From contig JBFYWB010000095.1 of assembly GCA_041299015.1 (NCBI GenBank), forward strand, positions 12,275 through 76,274: DNA of 64,000 nt. The letters run 5' to 3'. Under the pieces are notes generated by a model that did no database searches, was not told the origin of the DNA, and saw only the letters and a program-made list of their open reading frames with translations. This document shows, in pieces, positions 48,024-58,803 of the stretch (position 1 is its first letter; every line of letters starts with the position of its first letter). A program made the translations under genes and the position numbers. The DNA comes from Deltaproteobacteria bacterium. Its GTDB lineage: Bacteria > Desulfobacterota > Desulfobacteria > Desulfobacterales > SG8-13.

Positions 48024-48785
48024 ATGTACCGGAGTAGAAAAGATCGCCATCGGCATCGTCTGCCGGCCGTTCTCGGCATTATCCTGCTGTTCGTCGGTTG
48101 CAGCGGTCTGGAATCGCCACCGCCCTCCGAAATCGACATTTCCGCGCCGGCCACACCGCTCGGCAGCGTGCGATACGCCGTTCAGCTGGGCGCTTTCGCA
48201 AACGTCGATAATGCCGTAAAACTGACCGGAATACTTCAACAAATGGGTCTGAACGCCTATCACTTCAGCGACACGTCCGGTTTTTCCAAGGTTCGCTTCG
48301 GCAACTATGCCAGCCAAGATTCGGCAATCGCGGCAGCGGAAATCTATCGGTCCCGCGGGCTCATAACGGACTATTATGTCGTCAGGCCTGCAGACGTTTC
48401 CGATGCCGGCGAACTGCGGGAACAGATCGTCCAGACCGCAATGAAATATATCGGCGTTGCGTATAAATGGGGTGGCGAATCGTCGGAACAAGGATTTGAT
48501 TGCAGCGGACTGACGATGGCGGTCTATCAGCTCAACGGGCTCGATCTGCCTAGAACCTCCCGGCAGCAGTGGGCCGCCGGTACCGCGGTCGCTCAGACTG
48601 AGCTGTTGCAGGGCGATCTGGTCTTCTTCGCCACCGGCGGTGGACGCCGGGTCTCCCATGTGGGGATTTACACCGGAGGAAACCACTTCATCCATGCCCC
48701 CGGAAAGGGTCAGCGCATTCGCTTGGCTTCGCTGTCGAAAACCTACTACCGGACCCGTTTTGTGGGGGCGAGACGTTACCTATAG
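48024..48785 (+). CDS. lipoprotein with SPOR domain and NlpC/P60 (C40) peptidoglycan endopeptidase domain
   Basis: Lipobox LLFVGC. SPOR-like YAVQLGAFANVDNA. NlpC/P60 YKWGGESSEQGFDCSGL ... HVGIY. Confidence 0.8.
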   Translation: MYRSRKDRHRHRLPAVLGIILLFVGCSGLESPPPSEIDISAPATPLGSVRYAVQLGAFANVDNAVKLTGILQQMGLNAYHFSDTSGFSKVRFGNYASQDSAIAAAEIYRSRGLITDYYVVRPADVSDAGELREQIVQTAMKYIGVAYKWGGESSEQGFDCSGLTMAVYQLNGLDLPRTSRQQWAAGTAVAQTELLQGDLVFFATGGGRRVSHVGIYTGGNHFIHAPGKGQRIRLASLSKTYYRTRFVGARRYL

Positions 48786-48842
48786 AGGTCTTGCGGGCAC
48801 GGCCCGGCAAAAAATACATGACCATAAACAAAATGGAACCCC

Positions 48843-50315
48843 ATGCTTAAAAATCCTATCGCGCTCGACGGCAAGAAAAGCAACCTCCTCGTTATCGGCG
48901 ACGTGATGTTGGACCGCTATCTATGGGGTGATGTCAAACGAATTTCACCCGAGGCGCCGGTACCGGTATTCAACATCAAGAGCCGATCGATGGTTCCCGG
49001 CGGCGCCGGCAGCGTGGTTTTGAACGTCATCGGTCTCGGTGCCTCGGTTACCTTGCTCGGCGTCATCGGCCGGGACGAAAATGGCCGCACACTCAAAAGG
49101 CTGCTCGATGATCAGAGGATCCGGTCGATCCTGCTCGAAGATAAAAACAGGCCCACCATCACGAAAACGCGAATCCTGTCAAAAGGGCAGCAGTTGCTGA
49201 GGATCGATGACGAGAATACCGCTGTTCTCGCCGAACCCTTGAAAGCGAAAATCCTCGCGACCGCAACCAAAGAAATCCGCACATGCGCGGCCGTCATACT
49301 TTCGGATTACGGAAAGGGCATTTTCGATACCCAAGGCCTCACCGAAGCCTTAATCGAAATGGCCAGAGGGGTTGAGGTGCCCGTCATCATCGACCCCAAG
49401 GGGAAAAATTGGGAGCGCTACGCGGGGGCTGCCTGTTTGACACCGAATACGGCTGAGTTCGAATATGCCACCGGGGCGGCCCTCGATCATGACACCGCGC
49501 TCATCGACGCCATGCGGACCGCACGGTCCAAGTACAGGCTATCGAACCTGCTGGTTACGCGCGGCCCGCTGGGGATGTGCCTGATGGGCGAAGAAGAGCA
49601 ACCCCGGTTCATCCCTGCAATCGCGCGGGAAGTCTACGATGTGTCAGGTGCCGGCGACACCGTCATTGCGACATTGGCGGTCGGTATTGCTTCCGGGCAG
49701 AGCTACCTGGACGCCGCCCGCATGGCCAACGACGCGGCCGGGATTGTCGTCGGCAAACTCGGTACGCAACCGATCAACGCCCTTGAGCTGAAGGCTGCAA
49801 TGGGGATGAACGGTGCAAGCGTCAATCAGAAAGTCCATGCGTTTGCGGCGGCAGCGGTTCGCGTTCAAGCCTGGAAGGCCCTCGACCAGAAAATCGTGTT
49901 CACCAATGGATGCTTCGATTTGCTTCACCCCGGACACATCCATTTGCTAAACGAGGCCAAGCGGTGCGGGGGCCGGTTGATCGTCGGCTTGAATTCCGAC
50001 GAGTCGGTCAGGCGGCTCAAGGGAGCCAAGCGGCCGATTTTGAACGAATCGGAACGCGCCGCCATTTTAGCGGCGTTGAATTGCGTCGATCTGGTCATCG
50101 TTTTCGAGGAAGACACGCCGATCAAACTCATTGAAGCCCTGGAACCGGATATCCTGGTCAAAGGCTCGGATTATCGGCCGGAGAGCGTGGTCGGAAAAAA
50201 ATTTGTGGAGTCCTACGGCGGTAAGGTGCACCTTGTTCCCGTCGTCGAGGGCTACAGCACAACCCGTCTCGCTGAAAAAGTATCGCAAAACCGCTCAGAA
50301 CAATCATCCCGATAG
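48843..50315 (+). CDS. hldE: bifunctional D-beta-D-heptose 7-phosphate kinase / D-beta-D-heptose 1-phosphate adenylyltransferase
   Basis: N-terminal ribokinase-like domain (DVSGAGDTV). C-terminal cytidylyltransferase (FTNGCFDLLHPGHIHLL). Confidence 0.9.
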   Translation: MLKNPIALDGKKSNLLVIGDVMLDRYLWGDVKRISPEAPVPVFNIKSRSMVPGGAGSVVLNVIGLGASVTLLGVIGRDENGRTLKRLLDDQRIRSILLEDKNRPTITKTRILSKGQQLLRIDDENTAVLAEPLKAKILATATKEIRTCAAVILSDYGKGIFDTQGLTEALIEMARGVEVPVIIDPKGKNWERYAGAACLTPNTAEFEYATGAALDHDTALIDAMRTARSKYRLSNLLVTRGPLGMCLMGEEEQPRFIPAIAREVYDVSGAGDTVIATLAVGIASGQSYLDAARMANDAAGIVVGKLGTQPINALELKAAMGMNGASVNQKVHAFAAAAVRVQAWKALDQKIVFTNGCFDLLHPGHIHLLNEAKRCGGRLIVGLNSDESVRRLKGAKRPILNESERAAILAALNCVDLVIVFEEDTPIKLIEALEPDILVKGSDYRPESVVGKKFVESYGGKVHLVPVVEGYSTTRLAEKVSQNRSEQSSR

Positions 50316-50361
50316 CATTCACGATGACGTTTTTTTTCGAACGACCGGCGGGGGACAGCAC

Positions 50362-51339
50362 ATGGTCATTCTCACTGGGGGAGCCGGTTTTATCGGCAGC
50401 AACACGCTGACGGCGTTGAACCGCATTTATGGTGACGACATCTTGGTCGTTGACAATATCGCCGGCACCGCCAAATGGAAAAACCTGGTCGGTAAACCTT
50501 TCAGGCAGTACGTGCATAAAGCCCGTCTGTGGTCGTGGCTGGAAAAAAACGACGCAAAGGCTATCGAAGCGGTCATTCATCTCGGCGCCTGCACGGACAC
50601 GATGGAAAACGATTTCGATTATCTTTTCGAAAACAACGTTTCCTATTCCCGCAACATATGGGTCTTTTGCACTGAAAGACACATTCCCCTCATCTATGCA
50701 AGCAGTGCCGCCACTTACGGCGATGGAAGAAATGGATTTTCCGATGACCATGGCAAGACGGATATCTACAAGCCGATCAATGCCTACGGTTATTCAAAGC
50801 ATCTCTTTGATTTATGGGCGCTGAAACAGCGGGAAGCGCCGCCGCGGTGGTACGGCATCAAGTTTTTCAATGTTTACGGCCCCTGCGAGAGTCACAAGGG
50901 GCGTATGGCCAGCGTGGCCCATTGCGCCATTCCACAGGCACTTGAAAGCGGTAAGATCCGACTTTTCAAATCATACCGCAAGGACTTTGCGGACGGTCAC
51001 CAGAAAAGAGATTTCATTTACGTCCAGGATATCGTCGATCTGATCATTTATTTCCTGGACGCATCCGCACCCAACGGCCTTTACAACGCCGGCACGGGGC
51101 AAAGCAGAAGTTTCAATGATCTCGCCGGAGCGATCTTCAACGCATTGAACCTAACGGTAAGCATCGAATACGTCGATATGCCGGAATCGATAAGAGACAG
51201 CTACCAGTACCTCACCGAGGCGGACATGCGTAAGCTGATGGCGACCGGTTGCCCGTACGACCCACTGTCGTTGGAAGCCGGCATAGCGCAGTATGTAAAT
51301 TGGCTACGGAAGGAACGCGGCCGGCCTCAGGGGTGCTGA
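50362..51339 (+). CDS. hldD: ADP-glyceromanno-heptose 6-epimerase
   Basis: MVILTGGAGFIGSN start; SSAATYG and YGYSK catalytic motifs. The track ORF from 50131 is an upstream extension overlapping hldE. Confidence 0.9.
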   Translation: MVILTGGAGFIGSNTLTALNRIYGDDILVVDNIAGTAKWKNLVGKPFRQYVHKARLWSWLEKNDAKAIEAVIHLGACTDTMENDFDYLFENNVSYSRNIWVFCTERHIPLIYASSAATYGDGRNGFSDDHGKTDIYKPINAYGYSKHLFDLWALKQREAPPRWYGIKFFNVYGPCESHKGRMASVAHCAIPQALESGKIRLFKSYRKDFADGHQKRDFIYVQDIVDLIIYFLDASAPNGLYNAGTGQSRSFNDLAGAIFNALNLTVSIEYVDMPESIRDSYQYLTEADMRKLMATGCPYDPLSLEAGIAQYVNWLRKERGRPQGC

Positions 51340-52157
51340 TCCTTACCGGCCGCGGTGCCGGGAGGCAGAATCTTCACCACCCTTCTTTCTGACGGCTGAC
51401 GACTACCCGGCCGGGCATAGGTCATCAGCACGGTTTTCAAGCGACCCTGTGCGAACAGGTTGATGCACTCCGGATAGAGAACCCATTCCAGTTTCAATCC
51501 TTTTTCGCGGACCGTATCCAGCGTGTCGTTTCTTTCGATCGCAAAGGCCGTCTGACCGATGATGGCGCCCGTGTCCTGACCGTAATCGACAAAATGGACC
51601 GTGCACCCAGCCACTTTACAACCGAAGCGAAAGGCATCTCGGTAACCGTCGGTGCCAGGAAAGGCCGGCAGCAGGGCGGGGTGAATGTTCATGATCCGGG
51701 GATGTTGCGGATCTGTATTGACCCGGTCGATGAAATAGGGCGTTAGGATTCGCATGTATCCGGCCAGCACGAGCAAATCGATTTTATGGGGAGCCATGGC
51801 GTCAAGCAGCCGCGATTCGGCCATCACCCGCGATGAGAAAAAGGCGGTCACCTTGTGCGGATCAACCGACGCCGGGAAAAGGGTTTGTTTTTTCAGCAAC
51901 GCGTCCATGTCGGCGTCGGGAGGCGGCGCGGTACCGGACAGGCCATCGCGGGAGGCGCGAAGGATGGCCCGGTAGTCGATCACGGCGGTGGGTATACCGT
52001 GGCGGTGGCCCAATTCAAGACCGGCCGCCTGGGGGGTGTCTGAGCCGATGAAGACCACCTCCGCAGGTAATTTGCCCGCGTTGCAGGCCGCTATGATGGC
52101 CCGCAGGTTGGTGCCGGTGCCTGAAATCAATGCGCCAATTTTGGTTTGCCCCGCCAT
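51327..52157 (-). CDS. purN: phosphoribosylglycinamide formyltransferase (long form)
   Basis: ISGTGTNLRAII, LVLAGYMRIL, NIHPALLP, GCTVHFVD. Its 3' end overlaps hldD by 13 nt, convergently. Confidence 0.85.
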   Translation of the reverse strand: MAGQTKIGALISGTGTNLRAIIAACNAGKLPAEVVFIGSDTPQAAGLELGHRHGIPTAVIDYRAILRASRDGLSGTAPPPDADMDALLKKQTLFPASVDPHKVTAFFSSRVMAESRLLDAMAPHKIDLLVLAGYMRILTPYFIDRVNTDPQHPRIMNIHPALLPAFPGTDGYRDAFRFGCKVAGCTVHFVDYGQDTGAIIGQTAFAIERNDTLDTVREKGLKLEWVLYPECINLFAQGRLKTVLMTYARPGSRQPSERRVVKILPPGTAAGKDQHP

Positions 52158-52263
52158 CGACGATCGCCTCCTTTGTTTTCAAAAGGAGCGTTTTCCTCCG
52201 CAGCGCCGGAACAACGCTCTTGATTTTGGAAATAAGTTCCTGGATTGACTAATTTTGTAATGG

Positions 52264-52292
52264 TTGACAACCATAGTGGCCATCACTATAAT
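52264..52292 (+). promoter_or_regulatory. consensus sigma-70 promoter of trxA
   Basis: TTGACA, 17 nt, TATAAT (both hexamers perfect), 34 nt upstream of ATG 52326. Confidence 0.65.
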
Positions 52293-52325
52293 TGCTGAAA
52301 TTTATCCCAGAAAGGATTACACGAC

Positions 52326-52652
52326 ATGTCTGAAGGAATCAAGGAGATCGAAGACGGAAATTTTGAAAGCGAGGTACTTAAGTCCGATATGCCGGTGCTG
52401 GTGGATTTCTGGGCGCCGTGGTGTGGCCCCTGCAAGGCCATCGCACCCGTGGTCGAAGAACTTTCCAAGGATTTCGGGGACAAGATTAAGTTCATGAAAT
52501 GCAATGTCGACAACAGCCCGATCACCCCGGGTAAGTATGGCATCAAAGCGATCCCGACCCTCATTTTATTCAAGGGCGGCGACGTGGTCGATCAGATTAC
52601 CGGCATGGTGGCCAAGTCAAAACTCGAAGATGTGATCAAAAAAGCCCTTTAG
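52326..52652 (+). CDS. trxA: thioredoxin
   Basis: VLVDFWAPWCGPCK active site; 108 aa. Confidence 0.95.
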   Translation: MSEGIKEIEDGNFESEVLKSDMPVLVDFWAPWCGPCKAIAPVVEELSKDFGDKIKFMKCNVDNSPITPGKYGIKAIPTLILFKGGDVVDQITGMVAKSKLEDVIKKAL

Positions 52653-52682
52653 CACCTGCTGCAGCGCTTATAAGTCGAAAAA

Positions 52683-53384
52683 ATGACCGGACCCATTCAA
52701 TCGAAAGCGGCCGTAGGCCTCTGTGCGATCTTTTTTTTCGCGCTTGCCGGGTGTTCTGCATACAATGCCGTCCATGATTTTTTCTTCAAAGCCAAGGATG
52801 TAGAACCGGTCGAGGTGCTGATTGAAAAGGGCATGGATGAATTTGAAAGCGGGAATTACAAAGCGGCCCTAGAGTATTTTCAGAAGGTCAAGGAATGGTA
52901 TCCGTTCAGTAAATACGTCACCCTAGCGGAGTTGAAGATTGCCGATGCACACTATCAACTCGAGGAATACGAAGATGCCATCTTCGCATACCAGGAGTTT
53001 GCCGATCTTCATCCCAACAACGAGGCGGTTCCCTACGTCGTTTACCAAATCGGCCGCTGCTATTTCGACCAGATGGACACGATCGACCGCGACCAGAGTG
53101 TCACCCGTAAGGCCCTGGAAAATTTCCGGCAGCTTAAAAAACAGCATCCCGACTCGCTCTATGCCGAAAAGGCGACCGATCACATCAATAAGTGTTTGAA
53201 AAACCTCTCCGGCAACGAGTTTTATGTCGCGATGTTTTATTACGACAACAAGCAGTACGAAGCGGCCCTGCAGCGTTTCAAGTCGCTCGTCGCCAACTAT
53301 CCGGATGTCGGTGTTCATCGCGTCGCCCTTCAATATATCGTCAAGTGCGAGACCTCGCTGGCCCAGCAAGCCCAGGGCGATTAA
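52683..53384 (+). CDS. bamD: outer membrane protein assembly factor BamD
   Basis: Lipobox FALAGCS; TPR-like repeats; YxxAxxxF pattern typical of BamD/YfiO. Confidence 0.8.
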   Translation: MTGPIQSKAAVGLCAIFFFALAGCSAYNAVHDFFFKAKDVEPVEVLIEKGMDEFESGNYKAALEYFQKVKEWYPFSKYVTLAELKIADAHYQLEEYEDAIFAYQEFADLHPNNEAVPYVVYQIGRCYFDQMDTIDRDQSVTRKALENFRQLKKQHPDSLYAEKATDHINKCLKNLSGNEFYVAMFYYDNKQYEAALQRFKSLVANYPDVGVHRVALQYIVKCETSLAQQAQGD

Positions 53385-53526
53385 AAAAGACTTTACAGAA
53401 CCCGACCTTTCCTGTAGAAATTCGTTTTTGGATTTTTCGGTTTTTAATTTCCGCCAGCCGTGCGCGGCCTTTTGCGGGTCGGGGTCCGGGCGGGGATTTT
53501 CGTGTCGAATTAATAGAGAGGCGCTT

Positions 53527-53718
53527 ATGTCGAAAGCATGTGAAATATGTGGTAAAAAACCGATGGTGGGCAACAACGTCAGCCACGCCCACAATGTGAA
53601 CAAACGCCGGTTCAATCCGAACCTTCAGCAAGTCAGGGCTGAGGTAAACGGCAGGGTCAAACGGATGACGGTCTGCACCAGCTGCATCAAATCCGGACGC
53701 ATCGTCAAGGCGCCCTGA
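53527..53718 (+). CDS. rpmB: 50S ribosomal protein L28
   Basis: [34 protein letters not shown]; internal ATG of track ORF 53224..53718. Confidence 0.9.
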   Translation: MSKACEICGKKPMVGNNVSHAHNVNKRRFNPNLQQVRAEVNGRVKRMTVCTSCIKSGRIVKAP

Positions 53719-53791
53719 AGTCTCCCTGCAACCGTGTCTTAAAACTCACCCAACACCTGCAGCCGCCGGACGATGCGCAACAGGGTTCGGA

Positions 53792-55936
53792 TCAGTTGAT
53801 GCGCTTCACCTCCAGGACCTGTTTGACCTTCTTTAGCGATGACATGATCCGCTCCAGGTGTTCCGTGTCTTCCACATCGATGGTGAACACGCTGTTGACG
53901 ATCTTGTTGGCCTGAGTTTCGGTTTTAGCGTTCATGATATTGGCTTCATTTTTACTGATGTTGCTCACGACGTCGGCCAACAACCCGACACGGTCGTAAG
54001 AACGGATGTATATTTTTACCGGGTACAACTCCGCCTTTTCAATGTTCCATTCCACTTCAATTTGCCGGTCGGGATTCATTTTCAGAGCGTTGACACAGCC
54101 TGTGCGGTGAACGGTCACGCCGTAGCCGCGGGTGATGTAGCCGGTAATCGAATCTCCGGGCACCGGCTGACAGCATTTTCCGAATCGAATCAGGATGTCA
54201 TCAACCCCCTTGACGACCACACCCCCTTTGGGTTTTTTCTTGCGTACCCGGCCGATGATCTTGTTAAAAATTGATTCCTGCTTTTCCTCGTTATCGGCTT
54301 TTGCGGTGAAGCGTCGCACGACCTGCAGGGGTGTAATCTTGCCGTAGCCCACGCTGGCAATCAGGTCTTCGGCCGCTTTGAAACCGAAGTGCTCCACCAC
54401 CTGGTTCATCTCGTCGCTTTTGAGCAATGCCGTAAAATTGAGCCGTTCCTTGCGGAAGGCCTTGTCGCACATTTCCCGGCCGAGTGAAATGCTACGGTCT
54501 TTTTCCTGGGTTTTGATCCATTGACGGATTTTTGAGCGGGCCTTGACCGTCCGGACATATTTCAGCCAATCCTTGCTCGGCTGGTGGTTTTTTTGGGTTA
54601 CGATCTCAACGACATCACCGGTCTGTAATTCATACTGGAGCGGTACCATGCGGTCGTTGACCTTTGCTCCCACGCATTGGTCGCCAACCTCCGTGTGGAT
54701 CATATAGGCGAAATCGACAGGCGTTGCGCCTTTGGGCAGCGTTTTTATTTCCCCGCGGGGGGTAAACACGTAAACCTCGTCCGGGAAAAGGTCGATGCGC
54801 ACGTTTTCCATGAATTCACCCGGATCCCTGAAATTTTCCTGGTTTTCGATCAAGTCCTGGATCCAGGTAAACATTCGGCTTACACGCTCATCGACTCGCT
54901 TGCCTTCTTTATAGCCCCAGTGGGCGGCTATGCCCGATTTGGCCACCCGGTCCATCTCCCACGTTCGGATCTGGACCTCCATGCGCTCGCCGTAAGGGCC
55001 AAAAACCGTCGTGTGAAGCGACTGGTACATGTTGGGTTTGGGCCGGCTGATATAGTCCTTGAATTTGATATCGATTGGTTTCCAGAGCGAGTGAATCAAA
55101 CCGAGCGTCTCGTAGCAATGGGGGATGGTGTCGAGAATGATCCTGAAAGCGATAATGTCGTAGACGTCTTCGAAGGCCAGGTTCTGGGCCATCATTTTAT
55201 GATAGATGCTGTAATAATTCTTGTTCCGACCCAGCACCTCGCACTTCAAATCGGCCTCTTCCATTTTTTCCAGAATGTATTTCTTTACGGTATCCACATA
55301 TTTTTCTCGCTCCGCCTGGTCCTTGGCGACCAGGCTGCTGACCCGTTCGTACTCGTCGGGCAGCATGTACTTAAACGAGGCGTCTTCGAGTTCTTTCTTG
55401 ATCCAGTATATGCCCAGCCGGGCGGATATCGGGGCGTAGATATCCATGGTTTCCCGGGCGATTCTGATTTTTTTCTTTTCATTGCGGTGATACTGGAGGG
55501 TCCGCATGTTGTGCAGGCGATCGGCGAGTTTGATCAGTATGACACGGATGTCGTCGGCCATGGCCAGCAGCATCTTGCGTATGCTCTCGGCCTGCCGGGC
55601 CTCTGAGCTGCTCAGACGCAGTTTGCTCAGCTTGGTGATACCGGAGACGATATGCAGGACATCGGAACCGAAAATTTCCTCGATTTCTTCGGGTGTGGCC
55701 GCGGTGTCCTCGAGAACATCGTGCAGCAGACCGGAGGTCACGCTGATCTCATCCAAGTTCATGTCGGCGAGGATACCGGCCACTTCCAGCGGATGGGACA
55801 AATAGGGTTCCCCCGAAAGGCGCACCTGGCCTTCGTGGACCCGTGCGGAATAAACATACGCCCGTTCGATCAGGCTCAGATCGGCATCAGGGGAGTATTC
55901 GGCAACCTTGTCGAGGATGTCGGTAATACGGATCAT
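53792..55936 (-). CDS. relA: bifunctional (p)ppGpp synthetase/hydrolase (RelA/SpoT homolog)
   Basis: HD domain (HPLEVAGILA...LHDVLEDT), synthetase domain (YQSLHTTV), TGS and ACT regions; 714 aa. Confidence 0.95.
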   Translation of the reverse strand: MIRITDILDKVAEYSPDADLSLIERAYVYSARVHEGQVRLSGEPYLSHPLEVAGILADMNLDEISVTSGLLHDVLEDTAATPEEIEEIFGSDVLHIVSGITKLSKLRLSSSEARQAESIRKMLLAMADDIRVILIKLADRLHNMRTLQYHRNEKKKIRIARETMDIYAPISARLGIYWIKKELEDASFKYMLPDEYERVSSLVAKDQAEREKYVDTVKKYILEKMEEADLKCEVLGRNKNYYSIYHKMMAQNLAFEDVYDIIAFRIILDTIPHCYETLGLIHSLWKPIDIKFKDYISRPKPNMYQSLHTTVFGPYGERMEVQIRTWEMDRVAKSGIAAHWGYKEGKRVDERVSRMFTWIQDLIENQENFRDPGEFMENVRIDLFPDEVYVFTPRGEIKTLPKGATPVDFAYMIHTEVGDQCVGAKVNDRMVPLQYELQTGDVVEIVTQKNHQPSKDWLKYVRTVKARSKIRQWIKTQEKDRSISLGREMCDKAFRKERLNFTALLKSDEMNQVVEHFGFKAAEDLIASVGYGKITPLQVVRRFTAKADNEEKQESIFNKIIGRVRKKKPKGGVVVKGVDDILIRFGKCCQPVPGDSITGYITRGYGVTVHRTGCVNALKMNPDRQIEVEWNIEKAELYPVKIYIRSYDRVGLLADVVSNISKNEANIMNAKTETQANKIVNSVFTIDVEDTEHLERIMSSLKKVKQVLEVKRIN

Positions 55937-56014
55937 AGGCGCTGACTGTCATTGAGCAGTTGGCGTGTAATTGAGTTGACCACTGCGTCCCCATGCCGAC
56001 CACGGGTTAAGAAC

Positions 56015-57559
56015 TCAATAGGCCTTGGCAAAGATGACCCTTTGCGGTGAAGGCCTGGCGCAACAGATACAGCCCCCCGGACCGCTGTCGTGCTCTGGCA
56101 CGCCCGCCAGAGGAATGCAGCGGATGGTCACGCCGAGTTCCTCCTTTATGGCTGTTTCGCACGCTGCATCACCGCACCAGTAGGAGAATGCGAATCCGCC
56201 GTGAATTTCGGGTTTTTCTTTGTCTATGGGTGTAAAATAATCATAAAACGACTTTTTTTCATCGATCATCGTCGAATGGGTCTTTTGGAAGGCCAGAGCG
56301 CGTTCGAACAGCGTATTTTGAATGCTGTCAAGGATATCGGTGAGTTCGGCAACGAAGCGCGCCCGCTTGACCGAGACTTTTTCGCGGTGATCGCGGTCCC
56401 TGCGACCAACGAACACCGATTCTGCGGCGATGTCCCGGGGTCCTATCTCGACCCGCAGCGGAATGCCCTTCTTGATCCATTCCCATCCTCTGGCGCCGCC
56501 GATATCGCGCGTGTCGATTTCCACCTCGATCGGCCGCCCGCCGTAGGACTTTTTTTTCAGCAAATCGGCCAGGCTGTCGACATAGGGCATCACCAGGGCG
56601 CTTTCCTCCGCATTGCGCACGATCGGCAGCAAAACGACGTGTGCCGGTGCGATGCGAGGCGGCAGGACAATGCCGTTGTCGTCGCCGTGGGTCATGATCA
56701 AGCCGCCGATCAGTCGCGTCGACGCGCCCCAGGAAGTCGTCCAGGCGTAGCGCTCCTGCTCGTCGGCGTCCTGAAACCGGATGCTCGAAGCCCGGGCAAA
56801 ATTCTGACCGAGAAAGTGGGACGTGCCGGTTTGCAACGCACGGCGATCCTGCATCATCGCTTCGACGCACAGGGTGTCCACCGCGCCCGGAAACCTTTCC
56901 GCCGGAGTCTTGCGGCCTTTGATGACCGGAATGGCCAGGTGCTTTTCAGCCAGTTCGGCGTATACCTCGAGCATCAACCGGGTTCGGGCGAGGGCTTCTT
57001 CCTCGGTTGCATGCGCCGTATGCCCCTCCTGCCACAAGAATTCACTGGTCCTTAGAAAGACTCTCGTCCGCATTTCCCAACGCACGACGTTGGCCCACTG
57101 GTTGATCAGGATCGGCAGGTCCCGGTAACTGTTGATCCACTTTGAAAAGGAATCGCCGATGATCGTTTCCGATGTCGGCCTTACGACAAGGGGTTCCGTA
57201 AGGGGACCGGCGGGAACCAGCCTCCCCTCGGGTCCCTTTTCGAGGCGGTGGTGCGTCACAACGGCACATTCCTTGGCGAACCCCTCGACGTGTTCAGCCT
57301 CTTTTTCGAGAAAACTCAGGGGGATAAAAAGCGGAAAGTAGGCATTTTTGACTCCGCTGGCCTTGAACATCGCGTCCAGAGCGTCCACGATGTTCTCCCA
57401 GAGGCTGTAGCCCCACGGTTTAATCACCATGCAACCGCGTACCGGCGATTTCTCCGCAAGATCGGAAGCTTTTATGACTTGTTGATACCACTCAGGATAA
57501 TCCTCTTCCCGGGTGGGACTGATGGCCTTTTTCGGCTGCTGCTGCTTGCTCATTCTCAT
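56015..57559 (-). CDS. proS: proline--tRNA ligase (archaeal/eukaryote-like type, no INS editing domain)
   Basis: WYQQVIKASDLAEKSPVRGCMVIKPWGYSLWE, FRDEIRP-like RWEMRTRVFLRTSEFLWQEGHT. Confidence 0.9.
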   Translation of the reverse strand: MRMSKQQQPKKAISPTREEDYPEWYQQVIKASDLAEKSPVRGCMVIKPWGYSLWENIVDALDAMFKASGVKNAYFPLFIPLSFLEKEAEHVEGFAKECAVVTHHRLEKGPEGRLVPAGPLTEPLVVRPTSETIIGDSFSKWINSYRDLPILINQWANVVRWEMRTRVFLRTSEFLWQEGHTAHATEEEALARTRLMLEVYAELAEKHLAIPVIKGRKTPAERFPGAVDTLCVEAMMQDRRALQTGTSHFLGQNFARASSIRFQDADEQERYAWTTSWGASTRLIGGLIMTHGDDNGIVLPPRIAPAHVVLLPIVRNAEESALVMPYVDSLADLLKKKSYGGRPIEVEIDTRDIGGARGWEWIKKGIPLRVEIGPRDIAAESVFVGRRDRDHREKVSVKRARFVAELTDILDSIQNTLFERALAFQKTHSTMIDEKKSFYDYFTPIDKEKPEIHGGFAFSYWCGDAACETAIKEELGVTIRCIPLAGVPEHDSGPGGCICCARPSPQRVIFAKAY

Positions 57560-57592
57560 CCTCGCGCGTCGATAAGTTTCATACCCATTCTG

Positions 57593-58687
57593 TCAGCTCC
57601 TCCCCGACTTCCATTCGGTTTCGAATTTTTCCAACTCGGCCAGCAGGACCTCCGCCAGTTGTTCTTCAGGAAACTTTTTGACGATTTGCCCCTTTTTAAA
57701 AAGGATTCCCACTCCGTTGCCGCCGGCGATGCCGATGTCCGCTTCCCGAGCCTCCCCGGGACCGTTGACCACGCAGCCCATGATGGCCAGTTTCACGGGA
57801 ACCGATTTGAAAAGAATCGCTTTTTCGACTTTTTCGGTGATGCCAAAGAGGTCGATGTTGCATCGTCCGCAGGTCGGGCACGAAACGATATCGGGACCAT
57901 GACGGCGAATGTCGAGCCCTTTCAGGATCTCGTAGCCCACGCGCACCTCCTCGACCGGGTCGCGCGTCAGGGAGACGCGAATGGTGTCGCCGATCCCCTC
58001 GGCCAGCAACATCCCGATGCCGAGAGTCGACTTGACGATTCCGGAGTAGAGCCCACCGGCTTCGGTTACTCCGACATGCAGGGGAAAATCGGTTCGTTCG
58101 GACAGCAGGCGATAGGCAGCCACCGTCCGCTGAACATCGGAGGCCTTTATGGAAACCTTCAAGCGTTCGAACCCGAGGGCCGCAATGCTCTCGATATGGC
58201 GCAAGGCACTTTCAACCATCCCCTCGGCGGTCACTCCCTTGTATTTTTTGATGAGATCTTTTTCGAGAGAACCGGCGTTGACGCCGATCCGCACCGGTAC
58301 GCCGTATTCCTCGGCACAGTCCACAACCGCTTTGACTTTTTTAGGGCCGCCGATGTTGCCGGGGTTGATCCGCAGGCCGTCGGCGCCCGCCCGAATAGCC
58401 GCGATCGCCAAACGGTGGTCGAAGTGGACGTCGGCGATCAACGGGATCGCGATCTGCGATTTGATGCGGGCGATGGCGGCGGCAGCCTCTTCGTCCGGCA
58501 CCGCTGCCCGCACGATTTCACAACCGGCCGCTTCGAGTTTCTTGATCTGGGCTACCGTTGCCGTCACGTCCGGTGTCATGGTGTTGGTCATGGACTGAAC
58601 GGCAATCGGCGCATCACCACCGATCGGCACGCCACCGACGGCTATCTGCCGGGTTTTCTTACGCTCGATCGTAAAACTCATGGTCAC
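57593..58687 (-). CDS. ispG: 4-hydroxy-3-methylbut-2-en-1-yl diphosphate synthase
   Basis: RKKTRQIAVGGVPIGGDAPIAVQSMTNT, CPTCGRC, GCVVNGPGEA. Confidence 0.95.
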   Translation of the reverse strand: MTMSFTIERKKTRQIAVGGVPIGGDAPIAVQSMTNTMTPDVTATVAQIKKLEAAGCEIVRAAVPDEEAAAAIARIKSQIAIPLIADVHFDHRLAIAAIRAGADGLRINPGNIGGPKKVKAVVDCAEEYGVPVRIGVNAGSLEKDLIKKYKGVTAEGMVESALRHIESIAALGFERLKVSIKASDVQRTVAAYRLLSERTDFPLHVGVTEAGGLYSGIVKSTLGIGMLLAEGIGDTIRVSLTRDPVEEVRVGYEILKGLDIRRHGPDIVSCPTCGRCNIDLFGITEKVEKAILFKSVPVKLAIMGCVVNGPGEAREADIGIAGGNGVGILFKKGQIVKKFPEEQLAEVLLAELEKFETEWKSGRS

Positions 58688-58803
58688 CTATCGCGGATCA
58701 CCGGTCTCGGCAAGACTGACCGCCGGCAGCCGAGAAGCGGGCAGCTTGTCTATCCCTCATATCCGTGCAGAGACCAGCCCTTGTCCGTCTCCGGATATGA
58801 CTA

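Noticed and set aside
46853-48154. 433-aa minus-strand ORF
   Set aside because: It is antisense to the TraB-family gene, which has clear family motifs and a good promoter. It is a shadow ORF.
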